Assembly (NCBI GenBank): GCA_963727445.1
Contig: CAVSGI010000020.1
Coordinates: forward strand, 416,001-480,000
DNA: 64,000 nucleotides
Origin: an uncultured delta proteobacterium
GTDB lineage: Bacteria > Myxococcota_A > Polyangia > Polyangiales > B10-G4
Direction: 5' to 3'
In this document: positions 48,998-58,675 of the stretch, one piece after another
How positions within the stretch are numbered: the first letter of the stretch is position 1
Layout: each line of letters begins with the position of its first letter
Program-made: the position numbers and the translations under genes
The notes under the pieces: generated by a model
The model's input: only the letters and a program-made list of their open reading frames with translations
Database searches by the model: none
Told to the model about the DNA's origin: nothing

Positions 48998-50509
48998 ATG
49001 AGCCCCGAGACCCGCGCGTCACTCATCAACCTCGCCACGGCCACGACCATCTTCCTCGCGTTCGGGGTGGCCTCGTATTTCATCCCCGAGGGCACGGTCC
49101 TCGCGGGCGTGAAGCTCGACCGCCTCAAGCCCTATACAGCCGACGACCCGCCCCCGCTCGCGGAGCTGTGGGACTATGGAAACAAGGAATTACCAGCCTT
49201 TGCGGGCGCTGGCGGCTCCTACGTCTCCCCCGAGCAGCGCTCGGCGCGGATGACCGAGAGCGTCGGCAGCGCCGTCGCCCACAACCTCGGAGAGGTGGAG
49301 GCGCCGCCCCTCGCCGAGGACGCCGAGCAGTCGCCCGCGGTGCGCATCGACCCAGCCGAGTATGCGGACCTCGCGGTCGAGATCGAGAACCCCGAAGCGC
49401 TCTCCACCTTCTTCGAAGCCCTCGAGGCGACGGCGCGTCGCGAGCCCGACGCCATCACCCGCGTCGGCCACTACGGTGACTCTTCCATCGCGACGGATCT
49501 GATCACCAGCACCGCGCGGCGGAACTTCCAGCGTCGTTTCGGGGATGCAGGCCATGGCTTCCATCTGATCTCGCGCGGGACGATGCCTTACCGTCACCGC
49601 AACGTCTTCCATCGCGCCTCGGGCGAGTGGGGGCTGCGCATGATCACCATGGGCACCGACCGTGAAGGTCAGTACGGCTACGGGGGTGTCGCGTACACGC
49701 CCCGGAGCGGCGCGCGGGCGCTCTTCGGCACCGCCGACGAGGGGAACATCGGTCTTCGGGTTTCGCACTTCGACATCTACTACCGTCAGGAGCCTCGCGG
49801 CGGCCGGCTCCGCTACCGCGTCGACGATGGGGAGTACGAGACCCTCGACACCGACGGGCAGAGCGGTGATCAGGTGCAGCGCATCGACGTGCCCGACGGG
49901 CCGCACCGCCTCGAGCTGCGCGCCGCGGGCGGCGGCCGGGTGAAGGTGTACGGGGTCGCCATGGAGCGGGAGGGGCCGGGGGTGGTCTACGACTCCCTCG
50001 GCCTGGTGGGCGCCCGCGCCCGCCGGCTCCTCAACTACGACGAGGAGCACATCGGGGCCCAGATGGCCGAGCGCGACCTCGACCTGGTGGTCCTGGGCTT
50101 CGGCGGCAACGAGGCGGACGACCCCCTCGGCCCCATCGAGAACCACTACGAGCCCGAATTCGCTGCGGTTATTCGCCGGATGCGCGGCGGACGGCGCGAC
50201 CTGGCCTGCCTGGTCTTCGGGCCGCTCGACCAGGCCTCCCGGGACGAGCACGGGCGGATCACCACCATGGAGACCATCCCCGTGATCGTCGCTGCCCAGC
50301 GCGCGGCGGCCCGGCGGGAAGGCTGTGCGTTCTTCGATACCTACCAGGCCATGGGCGGCGAGGGCGCGATGGCCGCATGGGTGCGCGCCAATCCCCGATT
50401 GGCGATGAGCGACTACCGCCACGCGACCCCCGACGGCTACCAGGTGATCGGCAACCTCTACTACAAGGCCCTGCTCAAGGCCTTCGCCGACCACCTTCGC
50501 AATCAGTAG
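48998..50509 (+). CDS. SGNH/GDSL-family O-acetyltransferase (PatB-like), N-terminal TM
   Basis: HYGDSSIATD, FGDAGHGF, GFGGNE, SDYRHATPDGY. Confidence 0.85.
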   Translation: MSPETRASLINLATATTIFLAFGVASYFIPEGTVLAGVKLDRLKPYTADDPPPLAELWDYGNKELPAFAGAGGSYVSPEQRSARMTESVGSAVAHNLGEVEAPPLAEDAEQSPAVRIDPAEYADLAVEIENPEALSTFFEALEATARREPDAITRVGHYGDSSIATDLITSTARRNFQRRFGDAGHGFHLISRGTMPYRHRNVFHRASGEWGLRMITMGTDREGQYGYGGVAYTPRSGARALFGTADEGNIGLRVSHFDIYYRQEPRGGRLRYRVDDGEYETLDTDGQSGDQVQRIDVPDGPHRLELRAAGGGRVKVYGVAMEREGPGVVYDSLGLVGARARRLLNYDEEHIGAQMAERDLDLVVLGFGGNEADDPLGPIENHYEPEFAAVIRRMRGGRRDLACLVFGPLDQASRDEHGRITTMETIPVIVAAQRAAARREGCAFFDTYQAMGGEGAMAAWVRANPRLAMSDYRHATPDGYQVIGNLYYKALLKAFADHLRNQ

Positions 50510-50519
50510 CGCGTGACCT

Positions 50520-50735
50520 GTTGGAGGGCGGCTTCGACCGAGCCGACGTAGCCCCTGCCGAAGAGGTTCACGTGCACCCGCCACCAGCGACGGGGTGCTC
50601 GGTGCGGACCGCTCAGGCCCCGTTGGCCCTGGCTGGTCGGAGGGCGGCTGAACGTACGCGCTGAGTCAGACGACTCGTTGGAGGGCGGCTTCGACCGAGC
50701 CGACGTAGCCCCTGCCGAAGAGGTTCACGTGCACC
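50520..50735. repeat. Perfect 59-bp direct repeat (50520-50578 and 50677-50735) duplicating the 3' end of the fructosamine kinase gene
   Basis: gttggagggcggcttcgaccgagccgacgtagcccctgccgaagaggttcacgtgcacc occurs twice, separated by 98 bp. Confidence 0.95.
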
Positions 50736-51553
50736 ATGAGGGGGTAGAGCTGGTAGAGGGGGATGCGATCTTTCCAGTCGGGGGCGAGGGGGTAGGCCTC
50801 TTGGTACGCGTCGAAGACCCTGGGGGAGAAGCCGCCGAAGAGGCGCATCATGGCGAGGTCCATCTCGCGGTGGCCGCCGTAGACGGCGGGGTCGATGAGG
50901 CAGGGCTCACCCGCTTCGTCGACGTGCAGGTTTCCGCCCCAGAGGTCGCCGTGGAGGCGCGCCGGGGGCTCGGCGGGGCCGACGCGCTCCGGTAGGCAGC
51001 CGAAGAGCGCGTCGAATCCGTGGCGCATCGCGTTCGAGGCGAGGCCGGAGGCGCTGGCGCGCTCGAGCTGGGGCCAGAGGCGCTCGCCTTCGTAGAATTC
51101 CGCCCAGGTCGCGGCGGGCGTGTTGCTCTGGGGGAGCCGGCCGATGAAGTTGTCGTGGTCGAGGCCGAAGCGGGGGGCGCCCGCGCGGTGCAGAGCGGCG
51201 AGGCCGCGGCCGAGGCGCTCGTCGAAGTCCCGGACGCGGGGCCCGGGCGTCAGCAGCTCGAGCGCCAAGAAGTGAGGGCTCGCGGCGAGGACCTCGGGGA
51301 TCCGCAGCGCGCCGGCCTCGGCCAGCCAGGCGAGGCCTCGGGCCTCGGCGGGAAACATCTCGGGATCGGCGGCCCAATTGTGGGGGCCTCGGGCCGGCCC
51401 CCTCTCGCCCCCTGGCCCACTGGTCTTCACGAAGACCCGCCGCCCGTCTTCGAGGGTCACGGCGTGGGCGACGTTGATGTCACCGCCGCCGAGGCCGCTC
51501 CTGTCCGCGACCGCGCTCCCCAGCGCCTCACCGACCTCGCGCCAGACCTTCAC
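50666..51553 (-). CDS. Fructosamine kinase family protein
   Basis: GGGDIN, FVK, AEARGL, LHGDLWGGN, IDPAVYGGHREMDLAM, VHVNLFG. GTGA-coupled to the upstream gene. Confidence 0.92.
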   Translation of the reverse strand: MKVWREVGEALGSAVADRSGLGGGDINVAHAVTLEDGRRVFVKTSGPGGERGPARGPHNWAADPEMFPAEARGLAWLAEAGALRIPEVLAASPHFLALELLTPGPRVRDFDERLGRGLAALHRAGAPRFGLDHDNFIGRLPQSNTPAATWAEFYEGERLWPQLERASASGLASNAMRHGFDALFGCLPERVGPAEPPARLHGDLWGGNLHVDEAGEPCLIDPAVYGGHREMDLAMMRLFGGFSPRVFDAYQEAYPLAPDWKDRIPLYQLYPLMVHVNLFGRGYVGSVEAALQRVV

Positions 51554-52035
51554 AGGCCGCGGGTTTCGCGCAGGTGTGCGAGGAGCCCTTCCGAAGCGGC
51601 CTGGCAGATGTCGAAGACCCGCTCGAAGCCGCCGTCGCCGCCGTAGTAGGGGTCCGGCACCTCGGAGCCCTTGGGCGACGCCGGGTCGAAATCGCGGAAC
51701 ATCGCGACCTTCTTCCGAGCGGCGGGGCTCGGGCAGATCTTCATCAGGTTCTCGTAGTTCGAGGCGTCCATCGCCAGGATGTAGTCGAAGCGGTCGAAGT
51801 CGCGCTTGTCGACCTTGCGGGCCGAGCCTTCGAGCACGATGCCGCGGCGCTTGGCCGTGGCGGTGGCGCGCCAATCGGGAGGCTCGCCCACGTGCCACGC
51901 TCCGGTTCCGGCGCTGTCGACCGTCACCTTCTTCGCGAGGCCCTGCTCTTCGAGGAGGTGCCGGAACACGCCCTCCGCCGTCGGTGAACGGCAGATGTTG
52001 CCCAAACAGACGAAGAGAACTCGAATATCGCTCAT
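51550..52035 (-). CDS. Low molecular weight protein-tyrosine phosphatase
   Basis: VLFVCLGNICRSPTAE, DSAGT, VPDPYYG. Confidence 0.95.
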   Translation of the reverse strand: MSDIRVLFVCLGNICRSPTAEGVFRHLLEEQGLAKKVTVDSAGTGAWHVGEPPDWRATATAKRRGIVLEGSARKVDKRDFDRFDYILAMDASNYENLMKICPSPAARKKVAMFRDFDPASPKGSEVPDPYYGGDGGFERVFDICQAASEGLLAHLRETRGL

Positions 52036-52129
52036 CTTTGTCGCTCACAGACTGCCCCGCCCCGGCGAAGGCGGGCGAAGCCTAGCGGAAGCCGGCGAGG
52101 GCGCCACGTGGTGCTATACCGCTCCCACT

Positions 52130-53455
52130 GTGAGCGGAAACCACCGGCGGGGGTGGATGGGTGGACTGGTCGTCCTCGTCGCCCTGGGCGCGAACCTCTC
52201 CGCCCGCGCCCAGGACGGAGAGGCGCTTCCTTCTGGGACGGCGAGCACGAACGAGGCGCCTCCGCCCGCCCACACCTCTTCCGAGAGCGAATGGCCGACC
52301 AAGCTCGGACCCCTCGAGATCCGGGGCGATGTCGGCCACCTCCGCTTCGGCCTCGCCACCCAGTTTCGCGTCGGACTCGAGTCGCGGGAGGGCGCCATGG
52401 GCCGCGCGGACGAGGTGAGCGTCTCGGTCCGCCGCCTCAGAACCACGCTCCGCGGCGGCTTCTTCGACGATCGCCTCACCTACGCCTTTCAGCTCAACGT
52501 GGTGCCCGGGGCCTTCGAGCTGATCGATGCCTGGCTGGACGGCGAGATCGTCGAGGGCCTGCACCTGCGCGTCGGTCAGATGAAGGTGCCCTTCACGCGC
52601 TACCGGCTCCAATCCTTCACCCGGCTCCTTCTCGCGGACTGGGCCGAGTCCACCCGCTACTTGGGCGGGGAGCGCCAGCTCGGCCTCCTCGTCAGCGGCG
52701 ACCCCGCGCATGCTTCGCTCTATTACTCCGTCGGCGTCTTCACCGGGCAGAACCGTCGTGCGGGCCACGGGGTCGGCCAGCCGATCCTCTATGGCGAGCC
52801 GGTGCTGAACCCGAGCGACGCCGGCGATGGCTTCGGCGGCGTGAACAGCGTCCATCCCGAAGTGGTGGGGCTCCTCAGTCACGGCTCCGAGGGGATGGAC
52901 ACGAACCACCTGACGGACGAAACCCGCGGGCCCTTGCGTTACCTCCTCACCTTCAGCGCGGCCGTCGACCTCGATCCCATCGTGGCTCTCGACCATCTCG
53001 CCCGCTTCGCCCCGGAGGCGTGGTTGAAGATCGGGGGGCTGACGCTGGTCGGGGTCGGCTATCTCGGTCTCTCCCTCGCGAGCGTGGACCAGCGGGTCCT
53101 CGTCTCGACCTACGGATTCGATCTGGAGGCGGCCTACCGTTTCGACCGGACCTTCGAGATCGCCGCGCGGGACGCCTGGACCCGCGTCGGCGGCGATCTT
53201 TCGGCCGATGCACGGAGCCGCGCCGACGGCCTCATCGCGATGGCGGCCGACCCGATGGAGATGGCCACCCTCACCGCGCAGTACCAGAACGTGGGACTGC
53301 TCGTGGCGTCGAACGAGCTCACCTTCGGCCTGAACGTCTACCTGATCGGCGACAGCCTGAAGTGGCAGACCGATGGGACCTGGTACCACCGGACCCGTCG
53401 GGACGGCGACCGGGAGGACTTTCGCGCGCGGACGCAGATCCAGCTGGCCTTCTGA
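52130..53455 (+). CDS. Outer-membrane porin (phosphate-selective OprO/P-like)
   Basis: Signal peptide; VRRLR..LRG, LIDAW, LRVGQMKVPF; alternating beta strands ending QIQLAF. Confidence 0.75.
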   Translation: MSGNHRRGWMGGLVVLVALGANLSARAQDGEALPSGTASTNEAPPPAHTSSESEWPTKLGPLEIRGDVGHLRFGLATQFRVGLESREGAMGRADEVSVSVRRLRTTLRGGFFDDRLTYAFQLNVVPGAFELIDAWLDGEIVEGLHLRVGQMKVPFTRYRLQSFTRLLLADWAESTRYLGGERQLGLLVSGDPAHASLYYSVGVFTGQNRRAGHGVGQPILYGEPVLNPSDAGDGFGGVNSVHPEVVGLLSHGSEGMDTNHLTDETRGPLRYLLTFSAAVDLDPIVALDHLARFAPEAWLKIGGLTLVGVGYLGLSLASVDQRVLVSTYGFDLEAAYRFDRTFEIAARDAWTRVGGDLSADARSRADGLIAMAADPMEMATLTAQYQNVGLLVASNELTFGLNVYLIGDSLKWQTDGTWYHRTRRDGDREDFRARTQIQLAF

Positions 53456-53462
53456 TCGGGGC

Positions 53463-54480
53463 TCAGCTCTCGGGCGCGAGATCGGTGAAGGCGTGCCGGC
53501 CGAGCCAGTGGCGGAAGTCGCGCGGCACGCGCCCGCGGGCGCGGGTGATCCGGAGGCCGTCGTCGATCATCTCGACGTCGAGCGCGAAATTGGTGGTCAC
53601 TCGGGAGCGGCTCCGGGTCCAGTCGGGGTCGAGGTAGCGGGTGGTCACGTCGCGGCGGCGCGTCGGGATCGCCTGGGTGCAGAAGGAGGGCTCGCAGACC
53701 ACGAGCTGCTCCTCTTTCACGTCGTAGCCCTCGGGCTCGGTGCAGGAGTGGCCGCCGGCGGTGATCGCCACCTCCACCAAGTGGCGCCCGCCCTCCATTG
53801 CCTCGAAGCGGGTCACCTCGATCTCCTCGTCCCAGTTCACCCCATCCGAGATCTGCGTCGTCACCAACACCTCGACGGGCTCCGCCGCCGGGCGGCGGAC
53901 GAGGAGGAGCTGGCCGAGGAAGAACTCCTGCGTGAAGACAAGGGAGGCGTCCTCGTCTTGCGCGAGGACCTCGCAGACGAAGGGCCCGGGCCCGTTCTGC
54001 GCCAGCCACGTGGCGCAGATCGCCCGAATCGTCGGTGCCGGCGGGGAAGGTGGCGTGACCCGCGTCGAAGGTGATGCCCGGGATGGGGGAGGGGGCGGAG
54101 TCGGCGTCGGGGGCCGGGGCGGTGTCGGCCGCGGCGACGGTGTCGGTGCCGGGGGCGGTATCGGCGACGGCGACCGAGTCGGCGACGGCCACGGAGTCGG
54201 CGACGGCGACGGAGTCGGTCGCGGCGACGGAGTCAGCGACGGCGACGGAGTCGGTCGCGGCGACGGAGTCGGAGTCGGACGCGACCTTGGCGACGGTCGC
54301 CGCTGCCGTGCCGGCTTCGGTCGCGGTCATCGCTGCCTCGCCATCCTCGCGACCGTCCCGGCCGCCGTCCTCGACCCGCGCGTCCTCGGCCCCGCCATCA
54401 TCGAAGGTCGCGTCGAGGGTGAGCCCCGCGGGGACGGTGCAGGCGCCGAGGGTCAGAAGGAGGATCACGAGTCGCTTCAT
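53463..54480 (-). CDS. Hypothetical lipoprotein with DSVAVA repeats; one apparent frameshift near 54032
   Basis: Lipobox LGAC. After FPAGT the plausible coding frame continues as TIRAICATWLAQNG...VLVTTQISDG into track ORF 53463..53870. Confidence 0.6.
54164..54277 (-). repeat. ~18-bp coding tandem repeat (DSVAVA/DSVAAT)
   Basis: gactccgtcgccg(t/c)..cc repeated about six times on the minus strand. Confidence 0.8.
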
Positions 54481-54577
54481 GCCCCGGACAAGAGCAGCGG
54501 TCGTGCCAGGACCGAATCCCTTGGGATTCTGGTGATTCGCGCCTCTGCGACCGTGGCCCCCGAGCCGCGAAAGCGCG

Positions 54578-56071
54578 TCAATCCGTGACCAGGACGTGGC
54601 TCGCGCGGAAGGTGTCGTGCTCGGTGGTCACCCCCAGCCAGCCCTCGGGCACCCGCGGCCACAGGGCGTCGAAGACCCGGTGGGCGTCGCGCGGGGACAG
54701 GTTCACGCAGCCGTGGCTCCGCGTCAGTCCGAAGCGGTCGTGCCAGAAGGCGCCGTGCAGGGCCAGGGAGCCGGAGAAGTACTGAGTCCACGGCACATCC
54801 TCGATGCTGTACTGCGCATCGTTGCCGTCGCCGATGTTCGCCATGGTGTCGGCGATGTACTTGCGGCGGATCTGGAAGAGCCCGGTCTCGGTCTCGAAGC
54901 CCGGTTGCCCCGAGGAGACGAGGGTCGCGAAGACCGGCCGATCGCCCTCGTAGAGCACCAGCGTCTGCTGGCCGAGATCCACGTGGACCCAGGGCTCCTC
55001 TTCGCCGACGCCGGCGGGGCGCTCGGTCGACTCCGCCACCGCGAGAAACCAATCGCGGACGTAGCGATCCCGGCCGAGGCGATGCATCACCTCGCCGCCC
55101 TCGTTGATCCGTTCTTCCCAGTCCTCGACGACCTCGTGGCGCTCGAGCGGGGGCGACTCGAGGTCGCGCACGAAGACCACCTCGCCGTCGTAGCGCTCCC
55201 GCCGCTCGCGCAGCTCGGTCTCGCGCACCACCCAGGCGATGGGCAGGCTGTGCTCTTCGTCGAGCTCGATCCCCGCGAACTCCGAACCGGTGCGAGGCAG
55301 AAGCTGCGCCTCCCGCAGATAGCGTCCGCGCACGGTGCGGACGAAGCGGCGCGAGGCGCGCGTCTCGACGCCGAGGCCCGCCACGAAGAAGCCGCGCTCG
55401 AGGAAACGGTAGACGGCCGCCGGCTTCTGCGGCTCGTTCGGGAGCTCGCCGGCGAGGACGCGCGCAGCGAGACGATCCTGCTCGTGGCGCCGCAGCTCGA
55501 GGACGCGCTCGCTGAGCTCGGCGGCGGCGCGCTGCGCTTCGCGCGAAGGTGCCTGGTGAAACTCCGGAACCAGTTCGTCCTTGACGAAGTAGTAGTCGTA
55601 GGGGAGGGCGACGTCGCGGGCGGGTGGCGCGGCGGCGAGATCGCCCTCGGGGGGCGTTTCGCCGATCTCGATCCCCTGCCCCGCGCAGGCGAAGCCCTGG
55701 GGGTAGAGCTCGTACCAGCCGCTGTTGCAGGTCGAGGTGCGCGTCGACTCGCGCCTCACCCGGATGCGATTGCCGATGCGTAGCCAGCCGACGGGATCCG
55801 CTTCCGGGTCGGCGGCGTGGCGAACCGGGAGCTGCAGCCCCGTCACCAGTCCGTGCAGGGGGTAGTCGCGATCGAGCATCGCTTCGTGTGCATCACGCTC
55901 GGCGCCCTCTTCGGGGACGAGCGCGTCCGTTCCATCCGCGGCGCCTTCTTCACTCGCCCCGCCACCAAGGTTGGTGACGCCCTCCGGCTCCTGGCGATCG
56001 CTCTCGGACGCAGCGTCGTCGCCACACGCGCCAAAAAGAACGAGGAGGAGGATCGTTGAGATTTTCCTCAC
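54578..56071 (-). CDS. L,D-transpeptidase lipoprotein (YkuD domain at C-terminus)
   Basis: Lipobox FGAC; VHVDLGQQTL, VSSG, ALHGAFWH..FG..RSHGCVNL. Confidence 0.9.
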   Translation of the reverse strand: MRKISTILLLVLFGACGDDAASESDRQEPEGVTNLGGGASEEGAADGTDALVPEEGAERDAHEAMLDRDYPLHGLVTGLQLPVRHAADPEADPVGWLRIGNRIRVRRESTRTSTCNSGWYELYPQGFACAGQGIEIGETPPEGDLAAAPPARDVALPYDYYFVKDELVPEFHQAPSREAQRAAAELSERVLELRRHEQDRLAARVLAGELPNEPQKPAAVYRFLERGFFVAGLGVETRASRRFVRTVRGRYLREAQLLPRTGSEFAGIELDEEHSLPIAWVVRETELRERRERYDGEVVFVRDLESPPLERHEVVEDWEERINEGGEVMHRLGRDRYVRDWFLAVAESTERPAGVGEEEPWVHVDLGQQTLVLYEGDRPVFATLVSSGQPGFETETGLFQIRRKYIADTMANIGDGNDAQYSIEDVPWTQYFSGSLALHGAFWHDRFGLTRSHGCVNLSPRDAHRVFDALWPRVPEGWLGVTTEHDTFRASHVLVTD

Positions 56072-56190
56072 GATGGCCGTCTATTAGCCCGCATCCACCG
56101 AGACGGCCACCTCCGGAGGGGTGGCACAACTTCGTAACAAACCGGCCATGCTGCTTTCTCTCCAATTGGTGGGGTGATAAGTGACGGGCC

Positions 56191-57696
56191 GTGGAGCCGG
56201 CTCCCGAGGTCCAGACCGGAGACACCGTCGCGTCGGTGGACCTCGGCTCGAACAGCTTTCACATGCTGGTCGCCCGGGTGGTCGGCGACGAGATCCACGT
56301 GGTCGATCGCCTTCGCTCTCGCGTCGGACTCGCCGAGGGGCTCGGCCCCGACAAGCGGCTGAGCCCGGCGGTGCAGGCGCGCGCGCTCGAGGCGCTCTCC
56401 ATCTTTGGCCAGCGCTTGCTCCACATGCCGCCGGGGAGCGTGCGTGCGGTGGGCACCAACACCCTGCGCCAGGCGAAGGACGGGCGCGCGTTCCTCGACG
56501 AGGCCGAAGCCGTGCTGGGCCATCCGATCGAGGTGGTCAGCGGACGCGAGGAAGCGCGACTCGTGTACCTGGGCGTCGCCCACAGCGTCGAAGACGATGG
56601 GCGACGGCGCTTGGTCGTCGACATCGGCGGCGGGAGCACCGAGGTGATCATCGGCGAAGCCTTCGAGCCCCTCGAAGCCGACTCTCTCTACATGGGATGC
56701 GTGACCTTCGCCCGCTTCTTTCCGAAGGGCCGCATCACGGCTCGCAACATGGACGAAGCGATCGTGTCGGCGATGCTCGAGCTCACGCCGATCGAGCGGC
56801 GCTACGACGCGCTCGGCTGGTCGCAGGTGGTGGGCTCGAGCGGCACCATCACCAGCGTCGAGGCCATCCTGCGCGCGAACGGGTGGGCCCAGAACGGCAT
56901 CACGGAGAAGGGCCTCAAGCGACTGCGCAAGGCGTTGATCGCCGCTGGCTCGGTGGACGCGATCGACCTGGCGGGCATGCCCGCGGACCGTGCGCCGGTA
57001 CTGCCCTCGGGGGTCGCGATCCTGAGTGCCCTCTTCTCGCGTCTGCACATCGAACGGATGGAAGCGTCCGAGGGCGCGCTGAAGGAAGGCCTGGTCTACG
57101 ATCTGCTCGGCCGCATCCGCAAAGAGGACGTGCGCGATCAGACGATCCGCTCGTACAGCGAGCGCTATCACGTCGATCAGGAGCAGGCGCGTCGCGTCGC
57201 CGTCACCGCCCGGCAGCTCCTCGAGCAGGTGGCGCACAACTGGGACCTGCCCATGCCCGATGCCGAGCGCCTCCTCGACTGGTCGGCGCGGTTGCACGAG
57301 GTCGGCAAGGCCATCAGCTACAGCGGCTATCACAAGCACGGCGGCTACATCGTGGCGAACTCCGAGATGCCCGGCTTTTCACGGAGCGACCAAGCGGTGC
57401 TCGCGGCTCTCGTCGCCGGCCACCGCGGGCGCATCCGGCCTGCGCGCTTCGAGGACCTGCCGGTCGAGCGCGGAGAGCGGGCGCTGCGCCTCGGGTTCAT
57501 CCTGCGGATGGCGGTGCTGCTGAACCGGAGCCGCACCCGGCGGGCGGTGCCCAAGCTGCGCTTCCGCGCCCGCAAGCGGGCCATCCATCTCGGCTTCCCC
57601 GAGAAGTGGCTGGAGGACAACCCGCTGACGCGCGCCGATCTCGAGAACGAGGCCCTTCGCCTCAAGAAGGTCGGCTACTCGCTCACCATCGAGTGA
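56191..57696 (+). CDS. ppx: Exopolyphosphatase / Ppx-GppA phosphatase
   Basis: VDLGSNSFHM, SGREEARL, DIGGGSTE, ALKEG, LHEVG..YHKHG (HD-like C-terminus). Confidence 0.95.
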   Translation: MEPAPEVQTGDTVASVDLGSNSFHMLVARVVGDEIHVVDRLRSRVGLAEGLGPDKRLSPAVQARALEALSIFGQRLLHMPPGSVRAVGTNTLRQAKDGRAFLDEAEAVLGHPIEVVSGREEARLVYLGVAHSVEDDGRRRLVVDIGGGSTEVIIGEAFEPLEADSLYMGCVTFARFFPKGRITARNMDEAIVSAMLELTPIERRYDALGWSQVVGSSGTITSVEAILRANGWAQNGITEKGLKRLRKALIAAGSVDAIDLAGMPADRAPVLPSGVAILSALFSRLHIERMEASEGALKEGLVYDLLGRIRKEDVRDQTIRSYSERYHVDQEQARRVAVTARQLLEQVAHNWDLPMPDAERLLDWSARLHEVGKAISYSGYHKHGGYIVANSEMPGFSRSDQAVLAALVAGHRGRIRPARFEDLPVERGERALRLGFILRMAVLLNRSRTRRAVPKLRFRARKRAIHLGFPEKWLEDNPLTRADLENEALRLKKVGYSLTIE

Positions 57697-57699
57697 TCG

Positions 57700-58584
57700 T
57701 CACTCGGGCCGCGCTTCAGCGATGTTCGCGCGCCCGGCGAAGGTGAGCTTCGCCTCGTTCTGGCCGCGGGCCTCGGGAGCGAAGCTGATCGATCGGATCG
57801 CTCGCTGAATGCAAGTGAAAGCGCGATCGTCCTCGACGGTGGAGTTGATCAGGCGCGTGCGCGCGGCGCCCCGCCGCGGCACGGCCAGGACGAAGCGGAT
57901 GTCGCCGGCGGGATCCATGTCGCGGCGGCCAGCGCGGCGGCGGCAGTCGAGCAGACCCGCGATCCCGCTCCGAAGCCCGCGATAGACGGCGGCGACGCGC
58001 CCCTCGCTGTCGCTGCTGACGCGATAGCGCACCTCGTCGGTCCCACCGACGGCGAAGTAGCGGCCGTCGCTTCCGCGCTGCACGTCGACCTCCGCCTCCT
58101 GCGCGCTCCGCTGGCGGGTCTGATCGATCCCCTCGGCGGCGGTATTGGTGAAGGTGAGGTTCACCTTCACGTTGGCGGGCCGCGCGACGTCTCCGTAGTT
58201 CGCTCGGCTCAAGAGGCGTTGCACGCAGCGCGTGAGCTGCCGGTCTTCGGCGGTGTTCCGCTCGAAGCGGAGCTCGGGCCGGCCGTTGCCGCGCGCCAGA
58301 AGCACCCGGACACTCATCTCTCCCTGGACCGTCGGGCGCTCCTCGGTCACCGATCCGTAGCACTGGCGGATGTTGCCGAGCGTCGAGGTGATCGCCGCCA
58401 CCATGTCCTGGAGCTTGTTGCCGCTCGTCCCAGGGCCACTCTCGACCCCCATGCGGACGTCGGAGCGCGCCGTGACGTGCGCTTCGCCCTGACCCATGGG
58501 CTCCTGCGCGCTCGCGCTGGTGGAAGCGGAGAGGATGACCAGCACCCCCGTGAGAAAACCTGGTCGAAACATGGCTCGAAGCAT
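57700..58584 (-). CDS. Exported protein with two AgmX/PglI C-terminal (TonB-C-like) domains
   Basis: Signal peptide; IRQCY....PTVQGEMSVR..LTRCV and LLDCR..PAGDIRF..STVED..TCI..ISF. Confidence 0.65.
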   Translation of the reverse strand: MLRAMFRPGFLTGVLVILSASTSASAQEPMGQGEAHVTARSDVRMGVESGPGTSGNKLQDMVAAITSTLGNIRQCYGSVTEERPTVQGEMSVRVLLARGNGRPELRFERNTAEDRQLTRCVQRLLSRANYGDVARPANVKVNLTFTNTAAEGIDQTRQRSAQEAEVDVQRGSDGRYFAVGGTDEVRYRVSSDSEGRVAAVYRGLRSGIAGLLDCRRRAGRRDMDPAGDIRFVLAVPRRGAARTRLINSTVEDDRAFTCIQRAIRSISFAPEARGQNEAKLTFAGRANIAEARPE

Positions 58585-58675
58585 GACTGAAAGCGCCTCT
58601 CTGAGATACCCCGTGAGCTGTCGCTCGCTTCGAGGGTTGTACGAAAGCCGGCGTCGTCCTATTCACCCACTGGCG

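Noticed and set aside
50520..50735. Two-repeat mini-CRISPR or integron attC site
   Set aside because: The repeat is 59 bp, identical to coding sequence and present only twice; no proper RYYYAAC/GTTRRRY pair and no integrase.
56121..56140. Sigma-54-like TGGCAC upstream of ppx
   Set aside because: The -12 TTGC element is missing at the required spacing.
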